A stretch of DNA of 64,000 nucleotides, taken from the NCBI GenBank assembly GCA_964291215.2, contig OZ219791.1, forward strand, positions 160,001 to 224,000, read 5' to 3'. The notes beneath the pieces are model-generated. The model ran no database searches and was not told the origin of the DNA. It saw only the letters and a program-made list of their open reading frames with translations. The first letter of the stretch is position 1. Each line of letters begins with the position of its first letter. This document shows positions 1-10,377 of this stretch, piece by piece. This DNA is from Alphaproteobacteria bacterium. GTDB lineage: Bacteria; Pseudomonadota; Alphaproteobacteria; MPNO01; UBA830. Both the position numbers and the translations under genes were made by a program.

Positions 1-143
1 ATCGAACTTTTCTCCTCCCCCGTTCCATAGTGAAGTGGGGCCTTAGGTTGTGGACGATTACGCAACCTGATGTCTGGAAATTGTCGTGAATCTCTCAGTC
101 ATCGAGCTGTTCATTTGATGTATGCCTTGGTTTCGGTTTCCCA

Positions 144-201
144 CCCCCGTTCCATAGTGAAGTGCAACACATGATGGGCTGTGACCATGTGTTTTTAGAC
201 G
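144..201 (+). mobile_element. Isolated IS30 left-end fragment (a further partial copy at ~17-37)
   Basis: CCCCCGTTCCATAGTGAAGTGCAACACATGATGGGCTGTG, near-identical to the IS30 left ends at 1335 and 10239. Confidence 0.8.
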
Positions 202-790
202 ATGGATGAGGAGGGCGGGTGTCAGAACCCGCCGGGGGGGGGGGGGGCTTGCCATGGAGTGGCTTCCGACGCAGCGCGGGCGTGAACCATCCCGCTCCAT
301 AGGCTTGAATGCCAGGGAACGAATGCTCGCCGAGGGCCGTGCGACCCCGGTTGTCTGAGGTGAAAGAGCTTCGGTCCTGAAGAACGGCACCCGACGGCGT
401 GGCGTGAGCCGCCGTGTTCCCGTCGAAGCAGGTCAGGGAAGTGGTGCGCCTGCGTAGCCGGCTCCCTGACCGAGAGGTTCGCGCTCAGGCGACGGGATAT
501 CTTCCCAAGCTCATCCGCCGATACAGTCCAGCGTCCGAAATCGGGGGGGGGGGGGGGGGGGGGGGGTACGAAGGTCGCGCGCGCGCGTGAGGCACTCACG
601 TTGTAGCCGAACGACCACGGCAGTCCGCGCATCACAACATCCCCTGATGTCTCGGTCATGCCTTCAACCTCCCGTACAACAGGTTTGCGGCCACATGCGC
701 CGACCACAATCCTGCCATATCGCATGTACGTATAGCTCGCACAGCAGCCGAGTGCAACCCCGTCATGTGGGAACGCACGGCGATCCCACG

Positions 791-1334
791 CTAGTAGTAC
801 ACCGGCATTGTATTGATGGTTTTTGTGGGTAGTATTTTCGTGTCGGCGTTCGTTGGAATCCGGACAGTGCCGATACGGGCAAGATGCCGAACAGGCAGGC
901 AGCCCCATGCGCAGGTCCGGACAACGGGCATGCCCGCAGGTCTTTGGGGCAATGACAGGAGCGGCGCATATGGCCAACTCTCAGGGCAGGAAACTCTACC
1001 GGGTGACCCTTTCGGCGCAGGAGCGCCGGGATCTGAAGGCGATGGCACCGGGGCTGCCTGGCGCCGGGCACAGGTCCTGATGCTGAGGGGGCGCTTGTCG
1101 ATGCCGACATTGCGCTGGGCATCGGCACGGCGACGGTCGAGCGCTTGCGCAAGCGCTGCGGGGGCTGGACGCCGCCCGCAAGGAGCAGGTGAACCGCCGG
1201 CCAAAACGGGGGCGATGGAGGCGAAGCTGGTCTCGTCCCCGCCCGAGGGCTGTGGACGCTGCTCGCCGGCCGTCTGGTGGAGATCGTCGAGCGCATTTCG
1301 GAAGAAACGGTCAGGAAGACGCTAAAAAAAGAGG
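791..1334 (+). mobile_element. IS630 type A, 5' half, degenerate, truncated by IS30
   Basis: Starts CTAG-TAGTACACCGGCATTGTATTG; remnants KLYRVTLSAQERRDL and ISEETVRKTLKK; homologous to 3865-5033. Confidence 0.8.
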
Positions 1335-2499
1335 CCCCCGTTCCATAGTGAAGTGCAACACATGATGGGCTGTGGCCATGTGTTTTTAGACGCATGATGT
1401 TGCGGAGCTGTCCAGCAGCGGCGAAAGTTCCTGTACAAGATGGAGGGAGCTTGTTCATGTCCAAAGGCTACCGTCACCTACGAAGAGCGATGCCAGATTG
1501 AGGCAGAAAAGCGGTCAAGGTACGATTGCTCGGCAGCTGGGCCGATCAACAATTTTCCGGGAGATCAAGCGCAACACCGGGGGACGGGGTTACCGTCACA
1601 AGCAGGCGCAAAGGATGGCAGAAACGCAGGGCAGCTTCGTCTGTTTCCTGGCGGTTGACGCCTCGGGTTGAAGCTCAGAAAAAGCTGCGGGAGGGCCCCG
1701 AGCAGCGGCCGTTTTCGACTGGAAGGCCGTGAACGGATCCATGATCGCCGAAGATCGGAGAGCTGGGGGCGTCTTGAAGCTTCGGCGGCGCGGCAAGAAG
1801 CCGAACTGGAAGGGCGGATGCCATTCTGGCCGGGTGGACATTTCCGAGCGCCCTGCGGAGGCAAAGGAACGGATCGGCGACTGGGAGCCATCATCGGCAA
1901 AGCTCACAGTGGAGCTGTCGTGTCGCTCGTGCCACGAAATACACCTTGCCGGGTGGACAGAAAGACCCGGTCGGTTCGGTCATGATGCTCGGCTCTGGTG
2001 CGCTATTGGTCCACACAATCACAACGGCAAAGAGTTCGCAGACCACAGGCGTGTCGCACTTGACGCAGATTTCTTCTTCGCCTTTCCATTCCTGGGAGCG
2101 CGGCTTGAATGAGCACACCAACGGCCTGGTGCGGGAGTACTTCCCGAAGGGCACGGACTTTCGCGCGACATGCAACGAAGATGTTCAGAAGGTGCGGCTC
2201 AACACTCGGAAAGTCCTGGGATCGCCGACGGAGGTAATCTTGAAGTGAAACCGCCCTGACCATCTGCGTTCCAAAGCCGCAACGTGCAGCAGGGTCCATG
2301 CCGCGCGACGGCGAAATAGTGGCTTGAAGCCGACAAAGGCGTTGCATAAGCTCGATGTTGAAGGAACTGAAGCTGTTCCCAGGCGGAATCGAGAGGGGCA
2401 GAGAGGAAAAATTTGCGCAACACCCGGCCCTCATCTCCGTTCGGGCTACGACCTCACTGCGATGAGGGCCGGGTGTTGCACTTCAGACTGGAAGTGGGG
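1335..2499 (+). mobile_element. IS30 family element, copy 1 (pseudo-transposase)
   Basis: Imperfect IRs CCCCCGTTCCATAGTGAAGTGCAACAC / GTGTTGCACTTCAGACTGGAAGTGGGG; motifs HSWERGLNEHTNGLVREYFPKGTDF and ERIGDWE; many frameshifts. Confidence 0.9.
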
Positions 2500-2764
2500 C
2501 CATTTTTCGTCGATGAGGACCGCGGTTAAGAGGCGCTCCAACGAGGCGAGGTTCAGAAAGACCCTGACTTTGGAGGTGCGCCGCTTGAGCTCTTGCTGGA
2601 TCGGCCGCTCGATACCGTTCGAGGTTCGCATGCGCTTGTGGTGAGCATCGGGCAAGGTGAAGACAGCGAGCCCCGCATTCTTTTCCAGCCAGAAAGCCCG
2701 GATACTTGTCGCTGGCCGCGAGGGCGCCCAGTTCAGCCTCGGCGGTTTGGAGTGAGGACGCATT
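2500..2764 (-). mobile_element. IS256 transposase C-terminal fragment
   Basis: HHKRMRTSNGIERPIQQELKRRTSKVRVF...SLERL, typical IS256 C-terminal motif. Confidence 0.8.
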
Positions 2765-3868
2765 CTAGTGTCTTGTCATTCATAAAATGTCGGATAAAAA
2801 CGTTTGAGTTTCACGCGGGCATCGTCGGTGGTGAACTGCCAATCCACCTTGGCCTGGATGCGGTCGCCTGCCAGGCGGCAACTTCCCGGCGTAGCACCTC
2901 GATGCAGTCGATGCGGCGGTTCAGGCGGATCATGACGTTGAGTTCCACCACGTTCAGCCAACTGCCGTGCTTGGGGGTGTAGACGAACTCGAAGCGGTCC
3001 CACAAGGCCTCGTCCGGCGGGTAGGCCTCATAGAAGGCGCCGGGGAGTGTTGAGATTGTCCATCACCAGGGTGATGGTGGTGGCGTCCTGGTAGCGCCCG
3101 GCGATGTCGGCCAGGAACTGCGCCCAGTCGATCTTGCGCTCGGTTACCTTGGTCATGCGCTTGCCGGCCAGGGGTTCCGTGAAGACGTTGCAGGTGCCGC
3201 AACGTCGATACTCGTAGTCGTTACGTCCGTCCCGGCGCCATGGCGATCGGTTGCCGTGTCTCGCCGGTCGGGGCGTTTCGTCCATGCAGACCACGGGGAA
3301 AGCGGCGGGGCGGCGATCGAGCACCTTCGCTGCGGCGAAGTCGGCGTTCCCTTGAGGAGGAATCACCCACCCGCTGCCATGGCTTGAGGCAGTTTTTTTT
3401 AGAACACGCCGCACCGTCTCGTGTGACACGGTGTAACCAAGCTCGACAACGCGGTCGGCCAGCAGCCGCAACGACCATTGCGCGTAACCCTCAGGCGGTT
3501 CACCACAACTCAGGGCCACGCGCCTCGAAGACGCCGTCGGCTTTTCGCATATAGGTAGGACGGCGCCGGCCACCCAATGCCGCCTCCAACCCCTCGAAAC
3601 GCTTTTTCACCCGGTCTACTTTGCGCATGCTGATGCGCAGAATCTCGGCAATGACCTTCCCGGTCATCTGGCATTCATTGAACGCGCCCTCGTCGCAGTT
3701 AAGCAGGGCGTTGATTACCTTTTGCGACAGGTGCGAGCCCTTGATCTCCGAAAGTTCTGCCCGTTCGTCCAGGGTCACCACGTAGCGTTTCATACTCCGA
3801 CCTCCATCCCGAATGGACGGACAGTCTAGCACCAAATGTACGACATATCATTGCTGACATAACACTAG
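2765..3868 (-). mobile_element. IS630 type B, copy 1 (pseudo)
   Basis: CTAG at both ends; VVCMDET, LVMDNLNT, YTPKHGSWLNVVE motifs; A-run at ORF junction; homologous to 17744-18918. Confidence 0.9.
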
Positions 3869-5033
3869 TAGCTTTGCATTATTGTATTGATAGATATAGT
3901 GACTTCAGTTTCGTCCGGGCATCCTTCCTCGTGAAACGCCAGTCGACAGTGACATCGGCCGCATTGCGCCGTTCTACCCATGCTGCCGTCTCCCGCCGCA
4001 TGGTGTCACGGTCGGGAATGCGTCGCCGAAGGCACTGCCGCGACAGCGCACCGATCTCGATCTCGGCCATGTTGAGCCAGCTTCCATGCTTCGGCGTATA
4101 GCGAAACTCGAACCGCTTTCGTACCCGCCTCCTCGGGCTCGAAGGCTTCATACAGTGACTGTGCGTGTTCAGATTGTCCAGCACGATCTTCTTGTCGGGG
4201 AAATGGTCGTCGGCAAGCTCCCGGATGAAGTGCGTCCAGTCCCGCGGCGGTCGGTGACTTTCACCGTGCGCCAGTTCTCGTTGGGCGCAAAGGCCAGGAA
4301 GAGGTTGGCCGTGCCGTTGCGCTCATATTCATAGTCGACCACCTCCGGCTGACCGGGGGGTTCCTTCGTCTGCTGCCGGCTGGTCTCAGCACCTCGCCCC
4401 CGGCGAAGTCCCGCTGACAAATGTCAAGCACATCCTTCGCCACGAACTGTGCGCTCCGGTGCGGTGGAATGCACCAGTTCAGCCACCGCTTGATCTCTTT
4501 TTTTAGCGTCTTCCTGACCGTCTCTTCCGAAATGCGCTCGACGATCTCCACCAGACGGCCGGCGAGCAGCGTCCACAGCCCTCGGGCGGGGACGAGACCA
4601 GCTTCGCCTCCATCGCCCCGTCCAGCCGTTTCGGCCGACGGTTCACCTGCTCCTTGCGGCTGAGGGCGGCCTCCAGCCCCTCCAGGACGCAGCGCAAGCG
4701 ATCGACCGTCGCCGTGCCCAGCGCAATGTCGGCATCGACAAGCGCCCCTCAGCATCAGGACCTGTGCCCGGCGCCCCCGGTGCCCGATCGCCTTCAGATC
4801 CCGGCGCTTCTGCGCCGAAAGGGTCACCCGGTAGAGCTTCCTGCCCTGAGAGTTGGCCACGCTCCTGTCATTGCGCCGAAGACCTGCGGGCATGCCCGTT
4901 GTTCGGATCTGCGCATGGGGCTGCCTGCCCGTTCGGCATCTTGCCCGTATCGGCACTGCCCGGATTCCAACGAACGCCGACACAGGAATACTACCCACCG
5001 AAAACCATCAATACAATGTCGGTCGACTACTAG
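3865..5033 (-). mobile_element. IS630 type A, full-length copy (pseudo)
   Basis: CTAG at both ends; VDYEYERNGTANLF, LDNLNTH, YTPKHGSWLNMAEIEI. Confidence 0.9.
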
Positions 5034-5354
5034 GGGGCGAGCAGTTACACACAATCAACGATTTTCCCGGTTTTTGCTTGACAACGTAGCCGCGCGATGA
5101 TACGATATACCATGATGCTTGGAATTGGATGGCCTAGGCCATGAACACGCTCGCGATGCACCCTCCTGAAGCCGTCCGGATCGGAACCTCAAAGAGACCT
5201 GCAGGCGGCGTGAGCCGCGCGACCGTGCAGCGGGCGGTGAAGAAGCTCCGGAACCGGCCTCCGCATGATCTACGAACTGCCAGACAACGCACGCAAACTC
5301 GGCCCAGAAGCATCACCCTGATTGGAAGAAATCAAAGCCGAGGTCAGGATGTCT

Positions 5355-5530
5355 GAAGTTCGGCTTCTTGCCGCGCCTCACGCCGTCGTTACGGAACGCG
5401 CTCGCAGATATCGGCCTTGCCGCGGTGGTCGTCATCTATCCGGACCAGCGACGCCATCCGCTTTCGGACCGGATCGAAGCGGTGCCGTTGTCGACGCTCG
5501 CCAAGGCGAGCAGCTGTTCGCACAGGCCGG
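5355..5530 (+). pseudogene. C-terminal remnant of AAA ATPase (DUF4143-like)
   Basis: PRLTPSLRNALADIGLAAVVVIYPDQRRHPLSDRIEAVPL resembles DUF4143 C-terminus; no N-terminal ATPase present. Confidence 0.55.
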
Positions 5531-5616
5531 GACGGGTTCGGGCCCGCGGGCGGCAGCATGTCGCCTTCCTTGAGGGGACAGGACCGGTCCACCCGCCGTG
5601 ATCCAGGACAGCGTGC

Positions 5617-6537
5617 CTACTGCTGATCCTGTTCCGGCGGCACCGGCGGGACATGCTGTCCGGCATCGATGACGCCGCGCCTGATTTCGCGGGTGCGGCG
5701 GAAGAACGTCTCCAGAGTCTCCCCATCGCCGACCCGGATCGCCCGCTGCAATATCGCGAGATCTTCCCACAGCCGGCCGAGCATCTCGAGCACCGCTTCC
5801 CGGTTGGCAAGGAAGACATCTCGCCACATGATCGGATCCGACCCGGCTATCCGCGTAAAGTCACGGAAACCCGACGCCGAATACTTGATCACCTCGCTCT
5901 TGATGTGATCTTCGAGGTCGTTGGCTGTGCCGACGATCGTGTAGGCGATGAGGTGCGGCAGGTGGGACGTGATGGCCAACACCTGATCGTGGTGTTCCGG
6001 GTCGAGGACATCTATGTGGCTTCCGGCGCGGCGCCAGAATTCCGCCACCCGTTCGACGGCTGCCGGATCGCACCCGGGCTGCGGCGTGATCAGGAACCAG
6101 CGGTCCTCGAACAACGTCTCGAAGCCGGCTTCCGGTCCCGACATCTCGGTGCCCGCGATCGGGTGGCCCGGCACGAAATGCACGTCGGACGGCAGACGTG
6201 ACAGCACATCGTCCAGGATGGCCGCCTTCACCGAACCGACATCCGTGACGATGGCGCCCGACTTCAGCGCCGGCGCAATGCGGTCGGCGATCGCGGCATA
6301 GGTCGAGACCGGGGTGCAGATCATGACGAGATCGGCGTCCCGCGCAGCGGCTGCGGGATTCGCGGAGATCTCGTCGGCGAGCCCGAGCTCGCGGACGGTT
6401 TCGAGCGTCGCTTCGGTGCGGGCACAGGCGACGATTGTGCCGGCCAGCCCGTCGCGGCGCATGATCCGCGCCACCGACGAGCCGATCAGCCCGATTCCGA
6501 TCAGGGCCACCCGGTCGAACAGGGGGGCGCCGTTCAT
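5617..6537 (-). CDS. tyrA: Prephenate/arogenate (cyclohexadienyl) dehydrogenase
   Basis: GIGLIGSS Rossmann motif, DVGSVK, GHPIAGTE, SHLPH, GFRDFTRIA; downstream of hisC. Confidence 0.95.
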   Translation of the reverse strand: MNGAPLFDRVALIGIGLIGSSVARIMRRDGLAGTIVACARTEATLETVRELGLADEISANPAAAARDADLVMICTPVSTYAAIADRIAPALKSGAIVTDVGSVKAAILDDVLSRLPSDVHFVPGHPIAGTEMSGPEAGFETLFEDRWFLITPQPGCDPAAVERVAEFWRRAGSHIDVLDPEHHDQVLAITSHLPHLIAYTIVGTANDLEDHIKSEVIKYSASGFRDFTRIAGSDPIMWRDVFLANREAVLEMLGRLWEDLAILQRAIRVGDGETLETFFRRTREIRRGVIDAGQHVPPVPPEQDQQ

Positions 6538-7628
6538 GACGGCTCCATGAACTCGGCTATCGCTTCCGCCGTCATCCGCATCTCCTCCTCAAGGCCGATT
6601 GTAATGCGGACGCCGTCGGGGATGCCGGCGCCGGCCGCGCTGCGGGGAATGATGCCGCGGGTCTTGAGGAACGCGATCGCTTTGGCCGCCGTGCGCCCGC
6701 CGCCACGGGGGAAGCGTCCAAGCACGAAATTCCCCGTGCTCGGCACCACCAAGACTCCGGCTTCATCCAGCCGCTCCGAGAGCCACGGCAACCATGCGGT
6801 GTTGTGATCGCGCGATCTGGTGACGAACTCGACATCGTTGACTGCCGCGATGCCGGCCGCCTGGGCCGCCACGTTGATGTTGAACGGCGAGCGTACGCGG
6901 TTGAGGACATCGACGATCGAGGGCGGGCAGTAGGCCCAGCCCAGGCGCGCGCCGCCGAGGGCGTAAATCTTGGAAAACGTCCTGGTCATGACCACGTTGT
7001 CGCCGGCATCCACGAGGCCGGTTCCAGGCGAATAGTCGTTGCGCGTGACATATTCGGCGTAGGCCGCATCGATGACGAGAAGGATGTCCGCGCGCAGGCC
7101 GGCGCGCAGCCGGGCCACCTCGTCGGCTGAAATGCAGGTGCCGGTCGGATTGTTCGGGTTGGCGACATACACCATCCGGGTGCGTTCCGTCATCCTGTCG
7201 AGCAGCGCATCGACGTCGAGCGTGTAATCGGTCTCGGCCACCTTGACCGGCGTCGCGCCGGCGGACAGCGCGATCAGCGGATACATGACGAATGCATGTT
7301 CGCCGAACATGATCTCATCGCCGGGGCCGGCATAGGCGCGCGCCAGCAGCGTGAGCAGCTCGTCGGATCCGGCGCCGGCGACGATCCGGTCGACATCGAG
7401 ACCGTATCGCGCCGCGATCGCCTCGCGCAACGCCGTCGAATCGCCATCCGGATACCGGTGGGCCTCTGCGGCCGTCGATCGATAGGCTTCAACGGCAAGT
7501 GGACTCGGGCCGAGCGCGCCCTCGTTCGCGGACAGCTTGATCAGCCTCTCCTCGCCCGCGATCTCAGATTCGCCAGGCACGTACGGGCTGATTTCCATGA
7601 TTCCGGGACGCGGAACGGGAACGGACAT
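6534..7628 (-). CDS. hisC: Histidinol-phosphate aminotransferase
   Basis: KLSANE, YPD, ANPNNPTG, DAAY, RTFSKIYALGGARLG; start overlaps upstream stop (TGATG). Confidence 0.95.
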   Translation of the reverse strand: MSVPVPRPGIMEISPYVPGESEIAGEERLIKLSANEGALGPSPLAVEAYRSTAAEAHRYPDGDSTALREAIAARYGLDVDRIVAGAGSDELLTLLARAYAGPGDEIMFGEHAFVMYPLIALSAGATPVKVAETDYTLDVDALLDRMTERTRMVYVANPNNPTGTCISADEVARLRAGLRADILLVIDAAYAEYVTRNDYSPGTGLVDAGDNVVMTRTFSKIYALGGARLGWAYCPPSIVDVLNRVRSPFNINVAAQAAGIAAVNDVEFVTRSRDHNTAWLPWLSERLDEAGVLVVPSTGNFVLGRFPRGGGRTAAKAIAFLKTRGIIPRSAAGAGIPDGVRITIGLEEEMRMTAEAIAEFMEPS

Positions 7629-8491
7629 CACGCATTGCTCCTGTTTACCGGCGCCGGCAGCGCCAGCGGCGCGGGCCACACGCCAAGGTGATCGATGGCT
7701 TTCGCAGGCTCTCCGCCAGCGCGGACGAGGCTGCCAAGACGTTCATCGCCGGACGGAACAAAGCCCGCAAATTCAACGAAATACCGCCCGGGGCCGGATG
7801 TCGTGCCGGACTCCCGCACCTCCAGCAGAGTCAGCCCGGCCGAGGTTGTTGCCGCCTCGATCTCCCCGCGTCCGGTCCCCGGTCCGGTATGCAGCGCGAT
7901 CAAGCTACGATCATCACCGCTCTCCTCCGGGGCGATTGTTGCGACGCAAAAGATGCGGCCGCCCGCATGCGCCGTCCGCACGAACGGAAGCTCCGCGCAT
8001 ATAGCCACCCCCGGGTTCCCGCTATCAGCGAGCAGATCCCACCAGCCCGCGTCCCCGCCGGGCTCCGGTCCGGGGAGAACGCCGACCGCCGCCGACCCGT
8101 CCTCCACCGTATCGAGCACCGCCCGACTCGCGCCGAACTCCTCGACCGCTGCGTCGCAGCCGAAGTGGTTACGCGCGGCCTCGCGGCCCGTCCGGTCGCC
8201 CGCCGGCGCATAGACCGCGATGCTGAAATCACCCTGCAGCCGCGTCATTGCCGAGACTATTTCCCGCCATATCTGCGCCACGACTCGCGGCGGAAACACG
8301 CCCTGGTGACGTTCCAACAGGCGACGCAGCACCCGGGCCTCGCGCGCGGGCCGCCAAGCCAGGCCGCTCCCCTTGGCCTGCAGTACTTCGTCCGCGATCA
8401 CGGCGCGACGCATCAGCAGATCATGCATCGCAGCGTCTATATCGTCGATCTGCCGCCGCAGCACTCCGAGCGGCGTGTCAACTTCCATCAT
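7628..8491 (-). CDS. Chorismate mutase (PheA-like with degenerate PDT/ACT-like C-terminus)
   Basis: LRRQIDDID..HDLLMRRA, RPAREARVLRRL; conserved position before hisC-tyrA. Confidence 0.85.
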   Translation of the reverse strand: MMEVDTPLGVLRRQIDDIDAAMHDLLMRRAVIADEVLQAKGSGLAWRPAREARVLRRLLERHQGVFPPRVVAQIWREIVSAMTRLQGDFSIAVYAPAGDRTGREAARNHFGCDAAVEEFGASRAVLDTVEDGSAAVGVLPGPEPGGDAGWWDLLADSGNPGVAICAELPFVRTAHAGGRIFCVATIAPEESGDDRSLIALHTGPGTGRGEIEAATTSAGLTLLEVRESGTTSGPGRYFVEFAGFVPSGDERLGSLVRAGGEPAKAIDHLGVWPAPLALPAPVNRSNA

Positions 8492-8608
8492 GACTGGATT
8501 TACTCTTGACAACCCGGCCGTTTTACGACGAAACTGGGGCCGTAACCAGCTTTCGCGGCCATATGTAGCCGCGCGAACTCGCAAACGCAAGGATTTCAGC
8601 GGCGAACG

Positions 8609-8803
8609 CGCGATAACCCCACGCTGCCAATCCTAGCGACAACCGATGAGACTTTTCAGTCTGCGTCGCGCTGCAATCGTGCCGCCAAGGCTCGATGGAG
8701 CCTTCTCGGCGCGAAAAAATTCCGATCAAGGAGGCAATCTGTGATGACGCGACCCCCGACGCATTCGGATTTCGCGTCTCCGAATAAGCATGGGATCATC
8801 GTG
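8609..8803 (+). mobile_element. ~190-bp MITE-like ISAs1 derivative, copy 1
   Basis: Homologous to 39037-39224; ends resemble the ISAs1 IRs of this window (..CCCACGCT / AGCATGGGATCATCGTG); a third right end at ~14701-14723. Confidence 0.65.
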
Positions 8804-8917
8804 GGGTCTTGGCCGCGAGGTCCTTCAGGAACAGCGCGTTCATGGCGCCCTTGAGCCAGACGTGCAACTCGTTGATCTCGCCTTCCGACAGGGTGACGAT
8901 CATCACACCCACGAAGC

Positions 8918-10033
8918 GTAAGCGTTCGTTCATGCGGTGATGACGATCTGCGCTGAGGTTTGTTTTGGTGATTCGGAGAAGGGGGCTGTAAATTTCTTTG
9001 GCGGTGCCATCAGGTCGTGCATGGTCATGTGCATCGAGGATTTCGTGTCATCATCGGGTGCGGACGCTGCTGGCGACGTGCCGCAGTCGTCGTGTCGTGA
9101 TTCGGCCACCTGGAAGTCCCTGTACGATCGCGAGTGTATTCGAGCCGAGGCTGCGGAGGGTCGCTGTGAGGAGCTGCGCTTGCAGGAGGTGGAGGAGCGC
9201 AGCCGCGCGAATTCCCTGAAGGCGATTTTCGAGAGCAATCGCGAGAAGCTGGCAGCTGCCCGTGCGGAGGTCAGGGAAGTTCGGCGGACGGCGAAGCAGT
9301 CTCTTGCGCTGAAGCAGGAAGTTGCGCGTCCGAGCCAGTTTCTTGCCGAGGCCGGCGCGCGGAAGCGGTCGACGGTGGTGTCGCTGCGCATGGAGAATGC
9401 CGGCCTGAAGACCGCGATGAAGGTTCTGAAGGGTCGGGTCGGAGAACGACAAGCTTCGTTCGAACAGGTCGTACGGGCGCAAGAGCGAGAAGAGGCCGCG
9501 GGCGTCATCGAAGCGCAGCCAGCAGCGCGGCACTCCTGGCCGCGGCCGGCGCTCGAGGAGGTGGAGGAGCGGCCGGAGGTGGCGGAGGACGCCTGCTCGT
9601 GCTGCGTTGCCAACGGTTCGCACCAAGATCATCGAGATCAAAAGCGGCGGATTGTCCGCCGGGGCTGTGACTGCCCCGGTTCACCGAGCGAGGCGGCTGT
9701 TTCACGGCACCGCATTCGGGTGTGGACGCATGTGCTGCACGAGCGCGTGCATGCGGCCCTTGCGTCGCGGCTGACCGACCGGGGGCTTTCGCCGGGAACG
9801 CTGGCCAGCGAGCCGGATGCTGCCCCTGTTCGGGACGCGATCCTCGCGCACCGGGGTCTGCGCCATGCCGATGCATCCGGGCCCCGAGGGAGGTCCGGAA
9901 GTCGCGCCTGGCTCCGGACATCGGTCAGCCGTGACGCGGCCCTCTTCCACCCCTCAGCGCCGAGGTCACGGCGAAGCTGTTCGCGGACGCCCCCATGTAT
10001 CCGGTCTGCGACCGCTACGGCGCCTGCAAGAAG
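8918..10033 (+). mobile_element. IS66 family (second type), degenerate and 3'-truncated
   Basis: Starts GTAAGCG; coiled-coil N-terminus, Cys remnants, HADA (HADET-like), VCDRYGA; ends at an ISAs1-type IR. Confidence 0.7.
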
Positions 10034-10051
10034 CCAGGGTGATCCCACGCT

Positions 10052-10237
10052 GGATATGGCCCTCCCTAGAGTATCCATAACAACAAGGGTATAGCGGTCG
10101 ATACGACCAAGTAAACTGTCAATGAGCTCATTTACCCTCTCCTTCGGTGTACTGATCCGTGGTACAGGATCTATAAACAGAATGTCATCAACCTTGGACC
10201 CGTGGTACTGTTCCCAGGCAAGCAGGCGTTTCCCCAT
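10052..10237 (-). pseudogene. Low-GC fragment of AAA_25/RepA-like helicase
   Basis: LVVMDTLGRA Walker-B-like motif; visibly AT-richer than flanks. Confidence 0.45.
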
Positions 10238-10377
10238 ACCCCCGTTCCATAGTGAAGTGCAACACATGATGGGCTGTGGCCATGTGTTTTTAGACGCATG
10301 ATGTTGCGGAGCGGTAGCGGCGAGAGTTCCTGTACAAGATGAAGGGAGCTTGTTCATGTCCAAAGGCTACCGCCACC

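Noticed and set aside
31-56. IS3-like terminal repeat TGAAGTGGGGCCTTAGGTTGTGGACG
   Set aside because: Overlaps a partial IS30 end, with no partner IR or transposase in the window.
5141-5356. HigA-like antitoxin remnant
   Set aside because: Only faint similarity (MHPPE.., GVSRATV); too eroded to call.
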